Source: a virus
Lineage: Duplodnaviria > Heunggongvirae > Uroviricota > Caudoviricetes
Strand: one strand, 5' to 3'
DNA: 4,500 bases
Virus record (IMG/VR): IMGVR_UViG_2681813263_000013
Under the pieces are notes generated by a model. The model did not search any database. It had not been told where the DNA came from and saw only the letters and a list, made by a program, of their open reading frames with translations. The translations under genes and the position numbers were made by a program. Positions 1-4,500 of the stretch are shown one piece after another. The first letter of the stretch is position 1, and each line of letters begins with the position of its first letter.

Positions 1-1
1 G

Positions 2-655
2 GAAAGATATTTCCCCTGCGTGAATATCTCCGGTGAGCCGGAGGCGTATTTCCGTATGTCGCCGGAAGACTGGCTGCAGGCAGAGATGCAGGGTGAGATT
101 GTGGCACTGGTCCACAGCCACCCCGGTGGTCTGCCCTGGCTGAGTGAGGCCGACCGGCGGCTGCAGGTGCAGAGTGATTTGCCGTGGTGGCTGGTCTGCC
201 GGGGGGCGATTCACAAGTTCCGCTGTGTGCCACATCTTACCGGGCGGCGCTTTGAGCACGGGGTGACGGACTGTTACACGCTGTTCCGGGATGCTTACCA
301 TCTGGCGGGGATTGAGATGCCGGATTTTCATCGTGAGGATGACTGGTGGCGTCACGGTCAGAATCTCTATCTGGATAATCTGGAGGCCACAGGGCTGTAT
401 CAGGTGCCGTTGTCAGCGGCGCAGCCGGGCGATGTGCTGCTGTGCTGTTTTGGTTCATCGGTGCCGAATCATGCCGCCATTTACTGCGGTGACGGCGGGC
501 TGCTGCACCATATTCCTGAACAACTGAGCAAACGAGAGAGGTACACCGACAAATGGCAGCGACGCACACACTCCCTCTGGCGTCACCGGGCATGGCACGC
601 ATCTGCCTTTACGGGGATTTGCAACGATTTGGCCGCCGCATCGACCTTCGTGTGA
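2..655 (+). CDS. K: Tail tip assembly protein K (JAB/MPN metalloprotease-like plus NlpC/P60 cysteine-peptidase-like domains); 5' end probably truncated by the window edge
   Basis: Frame is open from the first in-frame codon (2) to TGA at 653..655. Translation carries a JAMM motif H-x-H-x7-S-x2-D (HSHPGGLPWLSEAD; His codons 113..115 and 119..121, Ser 143..145, Asp 152..154). It also has an NlpC/P60-type Cys (DCYTLF, codon 272..274) and His (NHAAIY, codon 470..472). Sequence matches lambda gpK as I recall it. ATG at 56 corresponds to the classical 199-aa lambda start; the ORF track uses GTG at 20. Spacing to I and J reproduces lambda exactly. Confidence 0.93.
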   Translation, partial: ERYFPCVNISGEPEAYFRMSPEDWLQAEMQGEIVALVHSHPGGLPWLSEADRRLQVQSDLPWWLVCRGAIHKFRCVPHLTGRRFEHGVTDCYTLFRDAYHLAGIEMPDFHREDDWWRHGQNLYLDNLEATGLYQVPLSAAQPGDVLLCCFGSSVPNHAAIYCGDGGLLHHIPEQLSKRERYTDKWQRRTHSLWRHRAWHASAFTGICNDLAAASTFV

Positions 656-1224
656 AAACGGGTGCCGAAGCCATCCGGGCGATGGCCACACAGCTCCCTG
701 CGTTTCGTCAGAAGCTGAGCGACGGCTGGTATCAGGTGCGTATTGCCGGGCAGGATGTTAGCACGTCCGGATTAACGGCGCAGTTACATGAGGCTCTGCC
801 TGACGGCGCTGTGATTCATATTGTTCCCAGAGTCGCCGGGGCCAAGTCAGGTGGTGTATTCCAGATTGTCCTGGGAGCAGCCGCCATTGCCGGATCATTC
901 TTTACCGCCGGAGCCACCCTTGCAGCATGGGGGGCTGCCATTGGTGCCGGTGGTATGACCGGCATTCTGTTTTCTCTCGGTGCCAGTATGGTGCTCGGCG
1001 GTGTGGCTCAGATGCTGGCACCGAAAGCCAGAACTCCCCGCACACAGACAACGGATAACGGTAAGCAGAACACCTATTTCTCCTCACTGGATAACATGGT
1101 TGCCCAGGGCAATGTTATGCCTGTTCTGTATGGTGAAATGCGCGTGGGGTCACGTGTGGTATCTCAGGAGATCAGCACGGCAGACGAAGGGGACGGTGGT
1201 CAGGTTGTGGTGATTGGTCGCTGA
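553..1224 (+). CDS. I: Tail tip assembly protein I (ubiquitin-like N-terminal region, Gly/Ala-rich hydrophobic central segment)
   Basis: ATG at 553 with GAGG about 10 nt upstream; 223 codons; stop TGA 1222..1224. Starts 103 nt inside K in a different frame, as in lambda. Translation MAATHTLPLASPGMARICLYGDLQRFGRRIDLRVKTGAEAIRA... matches lambda gpI from memory. Confidence 0.93.
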   Translation: MAATHTLPLASPGMARICLYGDLQRFGRRIDLRVKTGAEAIRAMATQLPAFRQKLSDGWYQVRIAGQDVSTSGLTAQLHEALPDGAVIHIVPRVAGAKSGGVFQIVLGAAAIAGSFFTAGATLAAWGAAIGAGGMTGILFSLGASMVLGGVAQMLAPKARTPRTQTTDNGKQNTYFSSLDNMVAQGNVMPVLYGEMRVGSRVVSQEISTADEGDGGQVVVIGR

Positions 1225-1242
1225 TGCAAAATGTTTTATGTG

Positions 1243-1270
1243 AAACCGCCTGCGGGCGGTTTTGTCGTTT
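1243..1270 (+). terminator. Putative stem-loop in the I-J spacer (8-bp stem aaaccgcc / ggcggttt, 4-nt loop tgcg) followed by a T-rich tract tgtcgttt
   Basis: Read directly: 1243..1250 is the reverse complement of 1255..1262, followed by a T-rich run to 1270. It lies between the I stop (1224) and the J start (1285). Function as a terminator is unproven. Confidence 0.2.
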
Positions 1271-1284
1271 ATGGAGCATGACGA

Positions 1285-1298
1285 ATGGGTAAAGGCAG
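1285..1298 (+). other. J: Start of host-specificity gene J (first 14 nt, atgggtaaaggcag, encoding M-G-K-G), interrupted at 1298/1299
   Basis: ATG at 1285 lies 61 nt after the I stop, as in lambda, with GGAG at 1273..1276. The remainder of the J 5' end (S-S-K-G-H-T-P-R-E-A-K-D-N-L-K-S-T-Q-L-L-S-V-I-D-A-I-S-E) is found on the minus strand at 1878..1796, so the gene is broken here by an inversion. Confidence 0.7.
1289..1298. repeat. Left arm of a perfect 10-bp inverted repeat (gtaaaggcag) at the inversion breakpoint
   Basis: gtaaaggcag at 1289..1298 is the exact reverse complement of ctgcctttac at 1879..1888. Both adjoining bases differ, so the repeat is exactly 10 bp. Confidence 0.85.
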
Positions 1299-1794
1299 AT
1301 GCGCGCCATGCCCGGTGACGCCAGAGGGAGTGTGTGCGTCGCTGCCATTTGTCGGTGTACCTCTCTCGTTTGCTCAGTTGTTCAGGAATATGGTGCAGCA
1401 GCCCGCCGTCACCGCAGTAAATGGCGGCATGATTCGGCACCGATGAACCAAAACAGCACAGCAGCACATCGCCCGGCTGTGCCTCTGTCAGTGCGACACG
1501 GTAAAAACCCGTCACCTCCATATTGTCAAGATAGAGATTCTGACCGTTACGCCACCAGTCATCCCCGCGATGAAAATCCGGCATCTCAATCCCTGCCAGA
1601 TGATAAGCATCCCGGAACAGCGTGTAACAGTCCGTCACCCCGTGCTCAAAGCGCCGCCCGGTGAGATGCGGCACACAGCGGAACTTGTGAATCGCCCCCC
1701 GGCAGACCAGCCACCACGGCAAATCACTCTGCACCTGCAGCCGCCGGTCAGCCTCACTCAGCCAGGGCAGACCACCGGGATGACTGTGGACCAG
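1299..1794 (-). pseudogene. K: Inverted, 5'-truncated second copy of K (K'), diverged from copy 1 (about 93% amino-acid identity by eye); its 3' end overlaps the first 50 nt of a second I gene (minus strand 1348..1299)
   Basis: The reverse complement of 1299..1794 aligns colinearly with + strand 107..602, with scattered and clustered substitutions. The minus-strand translation reproduces K from LVHSHPGG through the NlpC/P60 Cys and His to RHRAW. The ORF-track minus ORF 1150..1734 is this copy reading through into unrelated sequence. The minus strand 1348..1299 encodes MAATHTLPLASPGMAR, the start of I'. Confidence 0.8.
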
Positions 1795-1795
1795 N

Positions 1796-1878
1796 CTTCG
1801 CTGATGGCATCGATCACACTCAGCAGCTGCGTGGACTTCAGGTTGTCCTTCGCTTCGCGCGGGGTATGCCCCTTACTG
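1796..1878 (-). pseudogene. J: Inverted fragment of the J 5' end (J nt 15..97, codons 5..32), joined to K' at an ambiguous base
   Basis: Reverse complement of 1796..1878 reads agc agt aag ggg cat acc ccg cgc gaa gcg aag gac aac ctg aag tcc acg cag ctg ctg agt gtg atc gat gcc atc agc gaa g, which is S-S-K-G-H-T-P-R-E-A-K-D-N-L-K-S-T-Q-L-L-S-V-I-D-A-I-S-E and continues the MGKG at 1285..1298. Position 1795 is n. Confidence 0.8.
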
Positions 1879-1888
1879 CTGCCTTTAC
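1879..1888. repeat. Right arm of the 10-bp inverted repeat (ctgcctttac)
   Basis: Exact reverse complement of 1289..1298. It lies within codons 17..20 of the second I allele. Confidence 0.85.
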
Positions 1889-2232
1889 GGGGATTTACAA
1901 CGATTTGGTCGCCGCATCGACCTTCGTGTGAAAACGGGGGCTGAAGCCATCCGGGCACTGGCCACACAGCTCCCGGCGTTTCGTCAGAAACTGAGTGACG
2001 GCTGGTATCAGGTGCGCATTGCCGGGCGTGATGCAGGTGAAACCGAATTGTCTGCCCGTCTTAATGAGCCGCTGGCAAATGGTGCAGTGATCCACATAGT
2101 ACCGCGTCTGGTGGGAGCTAAAAGTGGCGGTGTGTTTCAGGCGGTGCTGGGGGCGGCTGTTATGGCGGTTGCTATATGGATGCCGGGGGTAGGAATTATG
2201 GCGAGTAATCTGCTGTTTTCTCTCGGTGCCAG
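1879..2232 (+). CDS. I: Second, diverged allele of tail assembly protein I (I'), partial: codons about 18..135 on the + strand, first 17 codons displaced onto the minus strand (1348..1299), 3' end lost in the N gap
   Basis: In frame with I numbering, the translation reads (I)CLYGDLQRFGRRIDLRVKTGAEAIRALATQLPAFRQKLSDGWYQVRIAGRDAGETELSARLNEPLANGAVIHIVPRLVGAKSGGVFQAVLGAAVMAVAIWMPGVGIMASNLLFSLGA. The first roughly 150 nt are nearly identical to copy 1 (603..750); the centre is strongly diverged. The ORF track starts this at GTG 1928 and runs it through the N gap as X residues. Confidence 0.8.
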
Positions 2233-2913
2233 NNNNNNNNNNNNNNNNNNNNNNNNNNNNNNNNNNNNNNNNNNNNNNNNNNNNNNNNNNNNNNNNNNNN
2301 NNNNNNNNNNNNNNNNNNNNNNNNNNNNNNNNNNNNNNNNNNNNNNNNNNNNNNNNNNNNNNNNNNNNNNNNNNNNNNNNNNNNNNNNNNNNNNNNNNNN
2401 NNNNNNNNNNNNNNNNNNNNNNNNNNNNNNNNNNNNNNNNNNNNNNNNNNNNNNNNNNNNNNNNNNNNNNNNNNNNNNNNNNNNNNNNNNNNNNNNNNNN
2501 NNNNNNNNNNNNNNNNNNNNNNNNNNNNNNNNNNNNNNNNNNNNNNNNNNNNNNNNNNNNNNNNNNNNNNNNNNNNNNNNNNNNNNNNNNNNNNNNNNNN
2601 NNNNNNNNNNNNNNNNNNNNNNNNNNNNNNNNNNNNNNNNNNNNNNNNNNNNNNNNNNNNNNNNNNNNNNNNNNNNNNNNNNNNNNNNNNNNNNNNNNNN
2701 NNNNNNNNNNNNNNNNNNNNNNNNNNNNNNNNNNNNNNNNNNNNNNNNNNNNNNNNNNNNNNNNNNNNNNNNNNNNNNNNNNNNNNNNNNNNNNNNNNNN
2801 NNNNNNNNNNNNNNNNNNNNNNNNNNNNNNNNNNNNNNNNNNNNNNNNNNNNNNNNNNNNNNNNNNNNNNNNNNNNNNNNNNNNNNNNNNNNNNNNNNNN
2901 NNNNNNNNNNNNN
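2233..2913. other. Assembly gap (681 N)
   Basis: Continuous run of n. By lambda colinearity it should hide the 3' third of I', the I-J spacer and roughly the first 89 codons of J, about 590 nt expected. Confidence 0.95.
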
Positions 2914-3047
2914 GTGCTGGGTACGGAAGTGAAATATGACACGCCGATCACCCGGACCATCACGTCGGCAAACATTGACCGACTGCGTTTTACCTTCGGT
3001 GTACAGGCACTGGTGGAAACCACCTCAAAGGGAGACAGGAATCCGTC
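2914..3047 (+). CDS. J: Host specificity protein J, internal fragment on a separate contig end (about residues 90..133 in lambda J numbering)
   Basis: Frame 1 translation VLGTEVKYDTPITRTITSANIDRLRFTFGVQALVETTSKGDRNP matches lambda J from memory. Bounded by N runs on both sides. Confidence 0.85.
2965..3047. repeat. 83-nt direct repeat copy A (partner 3198..3280, 8 mismatches, about 90% identity) flanking the second gap
   Basis: Both copies encode SANIDRL-R-(F or L)-TFGVQALVETTSKGDRNP, the same segment of J. This points to overlapping contig ends from two J alleles rather than a real tandem repeat. Confidence 0.8.
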
Positions 3048-3197
3048 NNNNNNNNNNNNNNNNNNNNNNNNNNNNNNNNNNNNNNNNNNNNNNNNNNNNN
3101 NNNNNNNNNNNNNNNNNNNNNNNNNNNNNNNNNNNNNNNNNNNNNNNNNNNNNNNNNNNNNNNNNNNNNNNNNNNNNNNNNNNNNNNNNNNNNNNNN
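3048..3197. other. Assembly gap (150 N), probably spurious (negative gap)
   Basis: The flanks are near-identical copies of the same J segment, so the true sequence is probably continuous without an insertion. Confidence 0.85.
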
Positions 3198-4500
3198 TCG
3201 GCAAACATCGACCGTCTGCGCCTGACCTTCGGTGTGCAGGCACTGGTGGAAACCACCTCAAAGGGTGACCGGAATCCGTCGGAAGTCCGCCTGCTGGTTC
3301 AGATACAGCGTAACGGTGGCTGGGTGACGGAAAAAGACATCACCATTAAGGGCAAAACCACTTCGCAGTATCTGGCCTCGGTGGTGGTGGGTAACCTGCC
3401 GCCGCGCCCGTTTAATATCCGGATGCGCAGGATGACACCGGACAGCACCACAGACCAGCTGCAGAACAAAACGCTCTGGTCGTCATACACCGAAATCATC
3501 GATGTGAAACAGTGCTACCCGAACACGGCACTGGTCGGCGTACAGGTGGATTCGGAGCAGTTCGGCAGCCAGCAGGTGAGCCGTAATTATCATCTTCGCG
3601 GGCGCATTCTGCAGGTGCCGTCGAACTATAACCCGCAGACGCGGCAATACAGCGGTATCTGGGACGGAACGTTAAAACCGGCATACAGCAACAACATGGC
3701 CTGGTGTCTGTGGGATATGCTGACCCATCCGCGCTATGGCATGGGGAAACGTCTTGGTGCGGCAGATGTGGATAAATGGGCGCTGTATGTCATCGGCCAG
3801 TACTGTGACCAGTCGGTGCCGGACGGCTTTGGCAGCACGGAGCCGCGCATCACCTGTAATGCCTGGCTGACCACACAGCGCAAGGCGTGGGATGTGCTCA
3901 GTGATTTCTGCTCGGCGATGCGCTGTATGCCGGTATGGAACGGGCAGACGCTGACGTTCGTGCAGGACCGACAGTCGGATAAGGTGTGGGCCTATAACCG
4001 CAGTAATGTGGTGATGCCGGATGATGGCGCGCCGTTCCGCTACAGTTTCAGCGCCCTGAAAGACCGCCATAATGCCGTTGAGGTGAACTGGATTGACCCG
4101 GATAACGGCTGGGAGACGGCGACAGAGCTTGTGGAGGATACGCAGGCCATTGTCCGTTACGGTCGTAACGTCACGAAGATGGATGCCTTTGGCTGTACCA
4201 GCCGGGGGCAGGCACACCGCGCCGGGCTGTGGCTGATTAAAACGGAACTGCTGGAGACGCAGACCGTGGATTTCAGCGTGGGTGCTGAAGGGCTTCGTCA
4301 TGTACCGGGCGATGTCATTGAAATCTGCGATGATGACTATGCCGGTATCCGCACCGGCGGGCGCGTGCTGGCGGTGAACAGCCAGACCCGGACGCTGACG
4401 CTCGACCGTGAAATCACGCTGCCATCCTCCGGCACCACGCTGATAAGCCTGGTTGACGGGCAGGGGAATCCGGTCAGCGTGGAGGTCCAGTCCGTCACCG
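3198..4500 (+). CDS. J: Host specificity protein J (tail tip central fibre protein), internal portion; 5' end in gap, 3' end beyond the window
   Basis: Frame 3 is open for about 434 codons from 3198 to the window end, which is why it is absent from the ORF track (no stop in window). Translation SANIDRLRLTFGVQALVETTSKGDRNPSEVRLLVQIQRNGGWVTEKDITIKGKTTSQYLASVVVGNLPPRPFNIRMRRMTPDSTTDQLQNKTLWSSYTEIIDVKQCYPNTALVGVQVDSEQFGSQQVSRNYHLRGRILQVPSNYNPQTRQYSGIWDG... matches lambda J from memory with a few substitutions. Confidence 0.95.

Noticed and set aside
237-1213. Antisense and alternate-frame ORFs inside K and I (237..602 -, 291..527 +, 455..691 -, 902..1087 -, 980..1213 +)
   Set aside because: They lie wholly within strongly supported K/I coding sequence on the opposite strand or another frame. 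Their Arg/Cys/Pro-rich low-complexity composition is typical of spurious ORFs in GC-rich DNA.
1289-1888. Programmed invertible host-range switch (Gin/Cin/Hin-type or shufflon-like) acting on the 10-bp inverted repeats
   Set aside because: No invertase or recombinase gene is present in the window. The repeats are only 10 bp and arise from coincidental coding similarity. The inverted segment is not a tail-fibre C-terminal cassette, and in both orientations one of J, K' or I' is disrupted. The ambiguous base at the internal junction points to an assembly problem.
1299-1944. Plus-strand ORFs 1299..1664 (121 aa) and 1570..1944 (124 aa)
   Set aside because: They are mirror images of the antisense ORFs of copy 1 (the same MRAMPGDARGSVC... 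peptide appears at 237..602 -), so they are the antisense strand of the inverted K' and J fragment, not genes.
1928-3268. ORF-track ORFs running through N runs (1928..2932 +, 2196..3023 -, 2226..2939 +, 2914..3225 +, 2936..3268 +, 2990..3256 -, 3025..3261 -)
   Set aside because: They are held open only by untranslatable N (X) residues. Only the real-sequence portions are meaningful, and those are accounted for by I' and J.
3299-4301. Minus-strand ORFs antisense to J (3299..3499, 3496..3684, 3672..4301, the last 209 aa)
   Set aside because: They fall entirely inside the J frame, which is open for about 434 codons and recognisable. They have no recognisable motifs and an Arg/His/Pro-rich composition.
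1-4500. CRISPR array, toxin-antitoxin pair or other defence island, and tRNA/attachment-site features
   Set aside because: No short regularly spaced direct repeats were seen; the only repeats are gene-scale paralogous copies of K/I/J. No tRNA-like sequence and no small paired ORFs outside the tail genes. All real sequence is accounted for by K, I, J and their duplicates.

Overview
This window is the tail-tip assembly region of a lambda-like (lambdoid) prophage, most likely from an enterobacterial draft assembly. I found no novel system; the unusual structure is a rearranged and gapped block that is most economically explained by assembly or amplification artefacts. No tRNA, rRNA, CRISPR array, transposase/IS element or defence-type gene is visible. 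Layout on the + strand: the 3' majority of tail assembly gene K (to 655), gene I (553..1224, starting 103 nt inside K in another frame), a 60-nt spacer with a hairpin, then the first 14 nt of host-specificity gene J (1285..1298). J then breaks off into an inverted block (1299..1878) that carries a diverged second copy of K on the minus strand, fused at a single ambiguous base (n, 1795) to an inverted J 5' fragment. The block is bounded by a perfect 10-bp inverted repeat (1289..1298 / 1879..1888). A diverged second allele of I follows (1879..2232) and runs into a 681-N gap. After the gap J resumes (2914..3047), is interrupted by a 150-N gap whose flanks are an 83-nt, roughly 90%-identical direct repeat, and then continues as a long open frame to the window end (3198..4500). 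Gene identities rest on my recall of lambda K/I/J protein sequences and on motifs read directly from the translation; no database search was possible. Identity figures are by-eye alignments.
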